Assembly (NCBI GenBank): GCA_963844715.1
Contig: CAWJPJ010000007.1
Coordinates: forward strand, 160,001 to 224,000
From: an uncultured Phycisphaerales bacterium
GTDB taxonomy: Bacteria; Planctomycetota; Phycisphaerae; Tepidisphaerales; Tepidisphaeraceae
Direction: 5' to 3'
Length of the DNA: 64,000 bases
How positions within the stretch are numbered: position 1 is the stretch's first letter; each line of letters begins with the position of its first letter. A program made the position numbers and the translations under genes. The notes beneath the pieces were generated by a model that saw only the letters and a program-made list of their open reading frames with translations, was not told the origin of the DNA and searched no databases. Shown one piece after another: positions 54,514-64,000 of the stretch.

Positions 54514-55169
54514 ATGGCAATCCCGGTAAATGTTGAGGCAGAGACGGAGATTTCGCCGTCCAATGGAGACGGGGTGACCGGGCAGACGGGGATTGGCGCA
54601 AGGTCGATTTGCCGCGGATCGAGCGGGCGGTGCGGGAGATTCTGCTGGCGATCGGGGAGAATCCGGAGCGCGAGGGGTTGCGAAAGACGCCGGCGCGGGT
54701 GGGGCGATCTTACGCGGAATTGATCTCGGGGATGCACGAAGACCCGAGGCGGTATCTGCGGACGGTTTTCCATGAGCGGTACGACGAGGTCGTGCTGCTT
54801 CGCAACATCGAATTCAATTCACTTTGCGAGCATCATCTACTGCCGTTTACGGGACGGGTGCATGTGGCGTATCTGCCGGACGGGAAAGTGGTGGGGTTGA
54901 GCAAACTGGCGCGGATGGTGGACGGATACGCGCGGCGGCCGCAGGTGCAGGAGAGATTGACGACGCAGATCGCCGATGCGCTGTGGGAGGAACTGAATCC
55001 GCAGGGGGCGGCGTGCGTAATCGAGGCGATTCATACGTGCATGACCATGCGCGGGGTGCGGCGGCCGGGGAGCACGATGGTGACCAGCGCCCTGCGCGGG
55101 GTCTTCAAGGACAATCCGGCGAGCCGGAGCGAAATCCTTGGTTTGATCGCCGCCAATCGGCCCGGGTAA
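54514..55169 (+). CDS. folE: GTP cyclohydrolase I (frameshift near 54600)
   Basis: [50 protein letters not shown]. Confidence 0.95.
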
Positions 55170-55225
55170 CGGGCGAAAGCCCCCAATTTTGCGTCGATCG
55201 ACGCTTGCCGGTAATTTTTAACATT

Positions 55226-56261
55226 GTGAGCCGCGCCTTAAATATCGCGATCGTCGGTTGCGGGTATTGGGGCGTGAATTACCTGCGCGTCTTCAGCGAA
55301 TTGCCCGAGACAAAAGTTGCGCTGGTTTGCGATACATCGGAAGACCGGCTGCGGACGATCCGGGAGCGGTTTCCGCTGGTCAGCACGACTGGGGAGATCA
55401 AGGAAGTCCTGGGGAGCCGCTGGGTGGACGCCGTCGTGGTTGCGACACCGGCGGCGACGCATTTTGAATTATCGAGCCGGTGCCTGGCGGCGGGGAAACA
55501 CGTGCTGGTCGAGAAGCCGGTCACGACGAGTATCGCCGACGCGGCGAATCTGATTCGGCAGGCGGAGAAGGCGCAGCTTGTGCTGATGGTCGGGCACACG
55601 TTCATGTACAACTTGGGGATTCTGAAGATCAAGGAATTGATGAACGGGCCGGAGTTCGGGCAGATTTATTATCTGCACGCGACGCGGACGAACATGGGCC
55701 CGGTGCGGGATGACGTGAACGCGCTTATGGGATTTGGGGACGCACGACGTGGCGATCTTTAATTTCCTGCTGGACGCGGCGCCGTTGTCGGCCAGCGCGG
55801 TGGGATCGAAAGTTCTGGGCAAGGCGCAGGAGGACGTGGGATTTGTGACGCTTCGGTATCCGAAAAATGTGATCGCCAATATTCACGCGAGCTGGATCGA
55901 TCCAAACAAAGTGCGCGAGGTTGTGGCCGTGGGGAGCAGGCGGCGGATCGTGTTTGACGATCTGAACAATCTGGAGCGGGTTCGGATTTACGAAAAAGGT
56001 TTATCGGCGACGATGGAGGCGGACACGTTTGGGGAATTCCGATTGATCATGCGGGATGGGGACATCATCAGCCCGCGCGTGCCGCCGAGCGAGCCGCTGA
56101 AGAACCTGGCGGCGCATTTCCGGGATTGCGTGATGAACAACAAAAAGCCGCTTTCGGATGGGAAAAATGGGATGGACGTGGTGCGGGTGATGGCGGCGGT
56201 GGATCGGTCGCTGGCGCAGAACGGGTCGCCGGTGGATGTGCCGGCGGGAGAATCGGCATGA
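55226..56261 (+). CDS. Gfo/Idh/MocA oxidoreductase (WbpB/WlbA-like) (frameshift near 55730)
   Basis: VGCGYWG, HVLVEKP, VGHTF, HD motif. Confidence 0.88.
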
Positions 56262-56969
56262 CGGCCGGGGCGGCGCCACGAGATCGATCCGGGTGTGATA
56301 CTGGGGTATCGCATCAGCCGGGCGATTGCGTTCGTTCTGCTGCAACTGGGGGATCACGCGCGGGTGCGGTCGGGGTCGGTGATCTACGCCAATAGCGTCA
56401 TCGGCCATCATCTGGAAACGGGGCACAATGTTGTGATCCGGGAGGAGAATCGGATTGGGGATCATTTCAACGTGTGGAACAATACGGTGATCGACTACGG
56501 GTGCGTGATTGGAAACAACGTGCGGATCCATAGCAATTGCTATATCGCGCAGTTCACGGTGATCGAGGACGACGTTTTTATCGCGCCGGGGGTTTCGGTG
56601 GCGAATGATCCGCATCCGATATGCGCGCTATGCATGCGCGGACCGACTTTGAAGAAGGCTTGCCGGATCGGCGTGAACGTCACATTGCTGCCGCACATTA
56701 CGGTGGGAGAGGGGGCGCTGGTCGGGGCCGGGAGTGTGGTGACGCGCGATGTGCCGGAGTTTTCGGTGGTGGCGGGGAACCCGGCGCGGCGATTGAAGTC
56801 TGTGAACGAATTGGAATGCCCATTTGAGCTGACGATACCGTACATCGACGGGAAGGACGTAAAGATCCGGCAGCGCGAGAATCCAGAGGGGGAAGAGCGC
56901 TTGCGGCAGGAGCTGCGCCGCCGCGCCGAGGCCGAGGGCCGGCATCCCGCCGCCCCTCCTCATCCATGA
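56258..56969 (+). CDS. Hexapeptide-repeat N-acyltransferase (WbpD/WlbB-like)
   Basis: Left-handed beta-helix repeats, DDVFIAPGV..AND, VGAGSVVTRDV..VAGNPAR; indel near the 5' end. Confidence 0.88.
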
Positions 56970-57688
56970 GCGAAAAAGTCGGGAAGGTTCTGGTGTGCAC
57001 GTTCGCCTTCAACGAAGGCGAAAAGATCGCGAGCACGGTGCAGCGGATTCTGGGGGCCGGCCAGAAGAACGTATTGGTGCTGGACGACGGATCGACGGAC
57101 GGGTCGATCGAGCCGCTGCGGTCGCTGGGGGTCGAGGTTCTGAGTTCGACGTCGAATCTGGGGATTGGGGCGATGATGAAGAAATCGTTCCAGTACGCGG
57201 TGGATCACGGGTATGCGGTGATCGTGATCATGGCGGGGAACAACAAGGACGATCCGACGGAGATTCCGCGGCTGCTGGAGCCGATCGAGGCGGGCCGAGC
57301 GGATTTCGTACAGGGGTCGAGATATTTGCAGGGCGGGGCGCACCGGGGGATGCCGATTTACCGGCGGTTTGCGACGCGGCTGCATCCGCTGCTCTTTTCG
57401 ATTGCGGCCCGAAAATGGGTGACGGAGAGCACGAACGGGTTTCGGGCGTTTAGGGTAAGCTTATTGACCGATGAGCGGATCGACTGGCGGCAGGCGTGGC
57501 TGGACAAATACGAGCTGGAGCCGTATCTGCTTTTCAAGGCGATTCGCCTGGGGTATCGGCACGCGGAGGCGCCGGTGACGAAGGTATATCCGCCGAAGAA
57601 ATTGGGATATACCAAGATGAAACCGCTGACGGGGTGGTGGAGCATTCTGCGGCCGGTGTTTTATCTGGGCTTGGGCATTCGCAGGTAA
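56966..57688 (+). CDS. GT2 glycosyltransferase, polyprenol-phosphate sugar synthase-like (DPM1/ArnC type)
   Basis: FNEG, DDGSTDGS, NLGIG, DFVQGSRY, TNGFRAF. Confidence 0.85.
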   Translation: MSEKVGKVLVCTFAFNEGEKIASTVQRILGAGQKNVLVLDDGSTDGSIEPLRSLGVEVLSSTSNLGIGAMMKKSFQYAVDHGYAVIVIMAGNNKDDPTEIPRLLEPIEAGRADFVQGSRYLQGGAHRGMPIYRRFATRLHPLLFSIAARKWVTESTNGFRAFRVSLLTDERIDWRQAWLDKYELEPYLLFKAIRLGYRHAEAPVTKVYPPKKLGYTKMKPLTGWWSILRPVFYLGLGIRR

Positions 57689-57719
57689 GTTGCTTGAAAG
57701 GACATGAGCGGCCGTGGCG

Positions 57720-58824
57720 ATGAGCGTCCCCTTTGTCGATCTGCATGCGATGCACGAGGGGTGCGCCGATGAGATTCAGGAGGCGATTGCGCGGGTGATC
57801 TCCGCGGGGGATTTTATCCTGGGGAAAGACGTGCGGGAATTTGAGGAGGAGTTCGCGCGGTATTGCGGGACGAAATTTGCCGTGGGGGTGGATAGCGGAA
57901 TTTCTTCACTGGAACTGGCGATGCGGCGGATTGGGGATCGGCCCCGGGGATGAAGTGATCACCGTTTCGCATACGTTTATCGCGACGGTTTCGAGCATCA
58001 CTTTCACGGGGGCGACGCCGGTGTTCGTGGATGTGGATGAGGCGACTTACAATCTGGATGCGGGGAAGATTGAATCGGCGATCACGCCGCGAACGAAAGC
58101 AATTCTGCCGGTACATCTTTACGGGCAGGCCGCGGGGATGGAGGCGATTGTTTCGATCGCCAAAAAACGCGGGCTGGCGGTGATAGAGGACGCTTGCCAG
58201 AGTCACGGGGCGAGATTGAACGGGAAACGATTGGGCTCGCTCGGGGATGCGGGATGCTTCAGTTTTTATCCGGCGAAGAATCTGGGGGCATTTGGTGACG
58301 GGGGAATGCTGGTGACAAACAATCCGCAACTGGCGGAAAAGGTGCGGATGCTGCGCAATTACGGGCAGCGGGAGAAATACCATCATGTTTTTCCAGCCTT
58401 TAACCGGAGGCTGGATACGATTCAGGCGGCCGTGTTGCGGATTAAATTGACGCATCTGGACGCATGGAACGATTCGCGACGGGGGGCAGCCCGGTTGTAT
58501 GATTCGTTGCTGAAGGGCGTGCCGGATGTGGTGATTCCCGCCGTAGGGGCGGATCGGGAGCATGTCTATCATTTGTATGTGATCCAGCATCCGCGGCGTG
58601 ACGCGCTGGCGGCGCATCTGAACAAGAACGGGGTGGCGACGGGATTGCACTATCCCGTGCCGGTGCACTTGCAGGAGTGCTATCGAAATGAGCCGTGGGC
58701 GAAGGTTTCGCTGCCGGTGACGGAGAAACTGGCGACGCGGATTTTGTCCCTGCCGATTTTTCCGGGGATCAGCGAAGGGCAGGTTCGGCAGACCTGCGCG
58801 CTGATCGCCGAGTTCCAAGGATAA
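57720..58824 (+). CDS. DegT/DnrJ/EryC1/StrS aminotransferase (WbpE/WlbC-like) (frameshift near 57925)
   Basis: VPFVDL, PVHLYGQ, EDACQSHG, SFYPAKNLGAFGDGG. Confidence 0.93.
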
Positions 58825-58840
58825 TTAGAAACAACTCACG

Positions 58841-60637
58841 ATGCGCCCGTGGCTTCGTCAATTCGTCGTCGTCGGCCTGCTGATCTTCGGGGTGGAGGCG
58901 TGGCTGACGCTTTTGCATGCGATTTACGGAAGATACTACGAGCCAAGAGTTTTATTGTATTCGCTGATCGTGGCCGCGATCTGGCCGGTGAGCAAATGGT
59001 TCGGCGCGGGCGTGACGTGGTGCGACGCATATTTGGCGCGGCGACGGGGGCGGACGGCGTTGGTTATCGGCGTGGGGATGTTCCTTTATCTACTGTTTCA
59101 GCCGATTGATCCCAACGCGGACTTTTTGAAATTTCACGACGAGCACTCGTATTGGATCCAGGCGCACATGCTGGCACACGGGCGGCTGTGGATGCTGGCG
59201 TATCCGGCGGATCTCCAGCCGTTTTTCGACAACTTTCACATCATCGTGGATCGGGTTTACGCGTCGATTTATTTTCCGGGGACGGCGCTGCTCATGACCC
59301 CCGCGATATGGCTGCATCTGCCGTTTTGGGCGATGCCGACGGTGGCGGGGTCGGTCGCGGCGGCATTCTTCTACCTGGTCTTGCAGGACATTTTCGGAGG
59401 GGTGCGCGGAGTTCTCGGCGTCCTGATGCTGGCATCGCTGTTTTATTTTTATCACGAAACGCGAATGGTGCTTTCGGAGATTCCCTTCCTGATGGGGGCG
59501 ATGATTTTGATCTGGTCGTGGCTGCGCTGGCGGGATCGGCAGAATTGGCGGTGGATGATTCCGATGGGCGCGGCAGCGGGATTCATGGCGATTACGCGGC
59601 CGATGGATGCGCTCTGTTATGCGATTCCGGCGGGCGTGGCGATTCTGGTGGAAATGCGGCCGCGAACGCTGGGACGTTTGGCGGTGGCGGCGGCAGCGGC
59701 GGTCATTACGGCGTCGCCGTTTCTTGCATTGCAGATCGTTCAGAACGTGGGCGTGACGGGGAGCTGGCATGTTTTCCCGTCGGATTATTATGTGGCGCGC
59801 AACTATCCGGCGCCGATGCTGGGGTTTTATCACTTTGATCCCAGCAAAGTGCCGGTCAGCACCTGCGAGCCAAAAGAAGAGGCGATGCGACAGTGGATTA
59901 TTCCGGAATATCAATCGCACACAATAGCGAAACTGCCTGGCAAGTGGATTCCGATTCCGGGCAACCAGTGGTTTCCGCAGCACACGTACGATTTGCTTTT
60001 GTCTTCGCTCCCGAACGCGATGATGGTGGTGCTTTTGCCGTGCGGGCTGCTGTCGCTGTGCGATAATCGGCGGAAGGTGATGGCAGCGGTGCTGGGTTTG
60101 TTCGTTCTGGGGTACATGGTGTACGTGTTTTATCTCGCGCACTATGCGGTGGCGATCATGCCGTCGATGATCTGCCTGATCTTGATGGGTTGGGAGACTC
60201 TGGCGCGGACGTGGCCGCGGATTCGTCCGGCGATCGTGACGATGATGGTTTTTTCGATGGCGGGTTTATCGATCGGCGCGCTGCCGGCGTTTAACGATTA
60301 TAACGAGCCGATGATGTCGTATATCGAGACGCGATTCGCCAACGAGCAACTGGCGCTGTTGCCGAACAAACCGGCGCTGGTGCTGTTTCATTACGATCCG
60401 AACGGGTGCAATTTTCACGACGAGCCGGCCTACAACGATTCAGTCGCGTTTCCGGATGAGGCGATGATCGTTCGGGCTCGGGATTTGGGCCCGGAGGAGG
60501 ACAAGAAGCTGTTCAAGTATTACGCGGCACGGCAGCCGGATCGGATGGTTTATTTTTATGATCGGGGGGCGATCGGAAAGAATAGGCGGCCGCTGAAGCG
60601 CTTGGGGAACGTGGTGGATTTGGCCAACCGGCCCTAG
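58841..60637 (+). CDS. GT-C-fold membrane glycosyltransferase (ArnT/PMT-like)
   Basis: About 12 TMs; loop FHDEHSYWIQA (DE motif), TRP motif, soluble C-terminal domain. Confidence 0.72.
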   Translation: MRPWLRQFVVVGLLIFGVEAWLTLLHAIYGRYYEPRVLLYSLIVAAIWPVSKWFGAGVTWCDAYLARRRGRTALVIGVGMFLYLLFQPIDPNADFLKFHDEHSYWIQAHMLAHGRLWMLAYPADLQPFFDNFHIIVDRVYASIYFPGTALLMTPAIWLHLPFWAMPTVAGSVAAAFFYLVLQDIFGGVRGVLGVLMLASLFYFYHETRMVLSEIPFLMGAMILIWSWLRWRDRQNWRWMIPMGAAAGFMAITRPMDALCYAIPAGVAILVEMRPRTLGRLAVAAAAAVITASPFLALQIVQNVGVTGSWHVFPSDYYVARNYPAPMLGFYHFDPSKVPVSTCEPKEEAMRQWIIPEYQSHTIAKLPGKWIPIPGNQWFPQHTYDLLLSSLPNAMMVVLLPCGLLSLCDNRRKVMAAVLGLFVLGYMVYVFYLAHYAVAIMPSMICLILMGWETLARTWPRIRPAIVTMMVFSMAGLSIGALPAFNDYNEPMMSYIETRFANEQLALLPNKPALVLFHYDPNGCNFHDEPAYNDSVAFPDEAMIVRARDLGPEEDKKLFKYYAARQPDRMVYFYDRGAIGKNRRPLKRLGNVVDLANRP

Positions 60638-60733
60638 TTTTATAAATCTTAAACTTTTTCTGGTGTTAGGATTTTGTTCGATATTTTTCTTGCATTTTGG
60701 CGCACTGTGGGCTAATCAATGGGCATTAAACTT

Positions 60734-61522
60734 ATGCCCACCATGGAGACGATTGGCTCGAAGGTTCGCAAGCAGCGCCGGCGGCTTGGGCTCACTTTGG
60801 ATGAGCTGTCCGGGCGGACGGGGATCTCAAAGCCCTATCTTTCGCTGATCGAGACGGGGCGGATTCTCAATCCGCCCAGCGATGAGAAACTATCGCGATT
60901 GGAGCAGACGCTGGGGATCGAGGCGGGGGAATTGATCCGTCAGGCGCATCTGCTGCGGACCCCGCGCGATGTGCGGGCGGTGTTTGTGAAATTGCTGGGT
61001 AGCGGGGGTGAACCCGCGGGGGCAGACTCCGATGGGGAGACAACGCGGCTGTCGGAATATATGCGGGCGCTCGACGAGGCGGACGAAAAATCGGGCAAGG
61101 GGATCGGGAACGCGGTTCCGGTGATCAATCGCGCCAGCAGCGGGTATCCGCGCGATTTCGTGGACCTGAAATATCCGGCGCGGGTTGCCGAGGAGCATGT
61201 GAGCTGCCCGAATTTGTCCGACGGGGAGGCGTTTGCCGCCCGGGTGCATGGGCAAAGCATGACGCCGAAGTATGAAGACGGGGATATCGTGATTTTTTCC
61301 CCGGCGCTTCCTGCGCGGAGCGGGGACGATTGTTTCGTGCGTTTTGCCGACGGGCAGACGACGTTTCAGCGGATTTTTTTTGAATCGGACGAACAGAGCC
61401 GCTCGCCGATGATTCGGCTTCAGCCGCGGAACGAGCGGCATCGACCGACTGTCCTGCCGAGCGAACGGGTCGCGGGGTTGTATCGAGCGGTGTACCGATA
61501 TCATCGCGTTGATGAAGAATGA
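60734..61522 (+). CDS. XRE HTH plus S24-like domain transcriptional regulator
   Basis: GLTLDELS..TGISKPYLSLIETG; FAARVHGQSMTP.YEDGDIV. Confidence 0.88.
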   Translation: MPTMETIGSKVRKQRRRLGLTLDELSGRTGISKPYLSLIETGRILNPPSDEKLSRLEQTLGIEAGELIRQAHLLRTPRDVRAVFVKLLGSGGEPAGADSDGETTRLSEYMRALDEADEKSGKGIGNAVPVINRASSGYPRDFVDLKYPARVAEEHVSCPNLSDGEAFAARVHGQSMTPKYEDGDIVIFSPALPARSGDDCFVRFADGQTTFQRIFFESDEQSRSPMIRLQPRNERHRPTVLPSERVAGLYRAVYRYHRVDEE

Positions 61523-62220
61523 CACTCTGGCTGCCGCGCATATCGGCCACGTTTTTGTCGATCGTATTGTTTTCTGCGATCGCGATTGGGGGCGAGACGG
61601 GCGGATCGCTGGCCGTGCAGTATCCCAAAGATTTTGGGGTCGTGGCGGCTGAAATCGACGGGGCGGCAAGTCCGATCGTGGGGAAGATATCGCCCGGCTC
61701 CGTGCTGTTTGTGGGTTTGGATTCATCGGTTCGGTATGACGTGAAGCTGACCTGCGGCGACGGACGGATTCTCCAGGGCGTGGACATGGGGTGGTACAAC
61801 GCCGACCCGGCGGATCCAAATGCCGGAGACATGGACGACGACGACCGGCAGCAGATATCGGCCATCCTGAAACTTCCGTCATTTTTCAATCACAGCGATC
61901 TGGTGTTTCTCAAAGGGAATCACGATCGGGCCGTGGCGCTGGTTCAGCTTGTTCGAGATCAATCATTCGACGGGGACGGCGGGCAAGGAGTCATCTGGCG
62001 GGTGGAACTCTGGTATTTGAAAAATGAACACGGGGGATGGGTGAAGGAGAGCAACAAGGTTTTGCGGCGGGAGCGATTCGGGAATCCGATTCAGTTTCAC
62101 AAGGCGGAGGGGGAAATTACCTGGGTTGCGGAATACGGGGGAATAACCGTGGCGACGGGTGCGCTGGTTTCCATCGTCGCGCCGGACATTCCAACGACGC
62201 AGCCGACTACGGAAAAGTGA
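61519..62220 (+). CDS. Secreted hypothetical protein
   Basis: Signal-peptide-like N-terminus; ATGA overlap with the regulator; PTTQPTT tail. Confidence 0.7.
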   Translation: MTLWLPRISATFLSIVLFSAIAIGGETGGSLAVQYPKDFGVVAAEIDGAASPIVGKISPGSVLFVGLDSSVRYDVKLTCGDGRILQGVDMGWYNADPADPNAGDMDDDDRQQISAILKLPSFFNHSDLVFLKGNHDRAVALVQLVRDQSFDGDGGQGVIWRVELWYLKNEHGGWVKESNKVLRRERFGNPIQFHKAEGEITWVAEYGGITVATGALVSIVAPDIPTTQPTTEK

Positions 62221-63181
62221 CGGGGCGGAAAGATTTGATCGCGTGCGAGGAGCGGCGAATGGCGGGATTGACGGCGACGACAACTTTCCTGGCGCCGACG
62301 GTTTTGCTGCGGGCGGATTCGACGAACTGCACGAAATCCGCTTCGCGCTTGGAGAGTTGAACGGACATGCATCGGGACTGGCGCGCCAGGAGCATCGCGG
62401 CGCTGGATTGGCGGCGGCGATTGGGCGGGAGTTCGGCGATCGGCCAGGCGCGGTGCAAGAGAGTTGAGGCTTCGGAGCAGGCCAGCGCCCTGCCGCGGGT
62501 GACAGCGCGTCTTCCGGGTTCGACGATCATGACGGCGGAGCAATCCACGGGGCGATCGAAGTCCTGGAGCGGCGCGTCGCCGCGCAGCACCGGGACGGCG
62601 AGGAGGCGCGGGCGGCTTGTGGTGGTTTGCACGGCGGACCAGTGGCGGCCGATGACCTGGTATCCGAGCGTTTCCAAACGCTCGATCTCAGAATCCAATG
62701 CCCAGGGGCAGAGAATCAGCGCGCCCCAGCCATCCTTCTGGATCGACGTCGCGGGAATGAATTCCAGGCCGCGTGCCTTGAGCAGTTGCGCCATGGGCCA
62801 AAGCATCGCGCCTTCGGCGCAGCGAATGGGATCGGCGGAAGGCGCGGGGAGCACCCACGAGCGCCACTGATGCTTGAGAAGATTGATCTGGCAGATCCCC
62901 CAGCGGTCGTCGACGAGCCAGAAGCGTTCGTCGCAGGCGAAGATTTGCGCCAGATCTGCAGTGAGCCCAACGAGCGCGGCCGAGGGCGTGACGTTACGAA
63001 GCACTTCTGAGGGATCGAACGTTTTGATGGTTCCGACGGCGGCGAAGGGGCGCGCCGTTTGGCCGGTGGGGAACGAATCACAGAGCCGGTCGAGCCAGGC
63101 CCGCGCCATCGGGAACGCGTTTTCAACGCGGACCCAGAGCCCGTGAAAGTCGAAAATGCGCGCTTCGCCGATGCCGGACAT
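62207..63181 (-). CDS. Hypothetical protein, possible degenerate HPr-kinase-related fold
   Basis: Coherent ORF; LKARGLEFIPATSIQKDGWGALIL resembles the pre-Walker-A segment of HprK-related kinases. Confidence 0.55.
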   Translation of the reverse strand: MSGIGEARIFDFHGLWVRVENAFPMARAWLDRLCDSFPTGQTARPFAAVGTIKTFDPSEVLRNVTPSAALVGLTADLAQIFACDERFWLVDDRWGICQINLLKHQWRSWVLPAPSADPIRCAEGAMLWPMAQLLKARGLEFIPATSIQKDGWGALILCPWALDSEIERLETLGYQVIGRHWSAVQTTTSRPRLLAVPVLRGDAPLQDFDRPVDCSAVMIVEPGRRAVTRGRALACSEASTLLHRAWPIAELPPNRRRQSSAAMLLARQSRCMSVQLSKREADFVQFVESARSKTVGARKVVVAVNPAIRRSSHAIKSFRPVTFP

Positions 63182-63238
63182 CAGCAAAAAGTATCGGCAA
63201 GAACGAGGCCGCCGCTGCAGAGGCGCCAATGCGCGTCC

Positions 63239-63717
63239 CTATTTCTTGAAATCGCTTTCGGCGATGAGGACGAAGCCCTTTTTGATGAGGAGCTGCGCGG
63301 CGAGAGTGGGATCGTCGACGTTGAGAGCCAGCGCCGGCCCGCGCGGGCGAACGAGAAAGGGGTAAACCGAATGAATGTTAATCTCGGCGGCCAACAAAGC
63401 GGAGCAGATGGTGATGAGGGGCTGTCCGGTGCGTTTTGGAAATTCGACGGCGATCATTTCGGTTTCGCCGAAGGAAAACTGATTTTGCGCAAAGCCTCGC
63501 GGGCGAGATCGGCATCGGAGCAGATGATTCGGACGAGAGCGGCGTCGGCGGATTCCTCGACGCTGAGGGCACGAATGGGATTTTCCTCCTGCTCGAGGGT
63601 TCGTACCAGAGACTGGAGGCGCCCGACGCGGTTTTCGAGGAAGATGGTGAATTGCCGTACGCGCGGCGGTTCGAAGCCGCCACCGGCGCGAGTTTGCGGC
63701 GGCAGCATTTTTTCCAT
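63239..63717 (-). CDS. Tandem ACT-domain protein (frameshift near 63470)
   Basis: QFTIFLENRVGRL, AEINIHSVYP. Confidence 0.85.
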
Positions 63718-63750
63718 ACCGCCCAGCTTAACGCCAGGTAGTGGAATAAT

Positions 63751-63792
63751 AAAAGAAAAAAGAAGAGGCCCACCCGAATGGGTAGGCCTCTT
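63751..63792 (-). terminator. Intrinsic terminator
   Basis: Minus strand AAGAGGCCTACCC-ATTC-GGGTGGGCCTCTT followed by CTTTTTTCTTTT. Confidence 0.85.
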
Positions 63793-63827
63793 TTGTGTCA
63801 GACAACCGTAGGTTGCCGGCAAGACGA

Positions 63828-64000
63828 CTAGTAATCGTCGTCCGTTGGGAGCAGAACACTGTCGTTGGCCAGATAGGGGCTGGCGACAAGGTCCTGAGCG
63901 ATGCCGACACCATAAAGCGGGCCGCCGCGAGAATAGATGTTATCGCGGTCAACGCCGACGAACGGATTGACCTGGAATTCGACGTGGCCGTCGGCGTAGA
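63828..64000 (-). CDS. C-terminus of a prepilin-type / H-X9-DG-CTERM (DUF1559-like) protein (partial)
   Basis: Manual translation ...YADGHVEFQVNPFVGVDRDNIY...DSVLLPTDDY-stop. Confidence 0.75.
   Translation of the reverse strand, partial: YADGHVEFQVNPFVGVDRDNIYSRGGPLYGVGIAQDLVASPYLANDSVLLPTDDDY

Noticed and set aside
60734..62220. Prophage immunity region
   Set aside because: No integrase, divergent cro or structural phage genes nearby.

Overview
A GC-rich bacterial chromosomal window, most likely from a Planctomycetota / Phycisphaerae (Tepidisphaerales-like) organism. That assignment is inferred from ATQP-rich secreted proteins, a CxxCGYDLRATPDRCPECG membrane protein and an H-X9-DG-type C-terminus. 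Most genes are housekeeping: radA, hemL, tsf-rpsB, recR, accA, ccsA/resB, hemA, mtnP, tadA, purU, purM, waaA, nadD, folE, two sigma factors, tRNA-Leu(GAG) and tRNA-Gly(CCC). About 25 genes, several of them essential, are split by single-base indels, which almost certainly reflects long-read assembly error, so the ORF track over-splits genes. There is no CRISPR array, integrase, transposase or prophage. The best leads are: (1) five GT-C-fold membrane glycosyltransferases (three with TPR tails) plus an ArnC/ArnT-like amino-sugar operon, alongside a recurrent ATQP-like motif in secreted proteins, which may form a protein O-glycosylation system; (2) a multi-stem structured RNA upstream of accA; (3) a tRNA-Leu-adjacent islet encoding a Sel1 protein and an RxxxxH HEPN-like protein; (4) families of nested palindromic intergenic repeats; (5) a recurring 27-bp dyad in divergent promoters, one copy flanked by four DnaA-box-like 9-mers; (6) an apparently non-cleavable XRE-S24 repressor. 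All calls come from motif recognition by eye; no searches were run.
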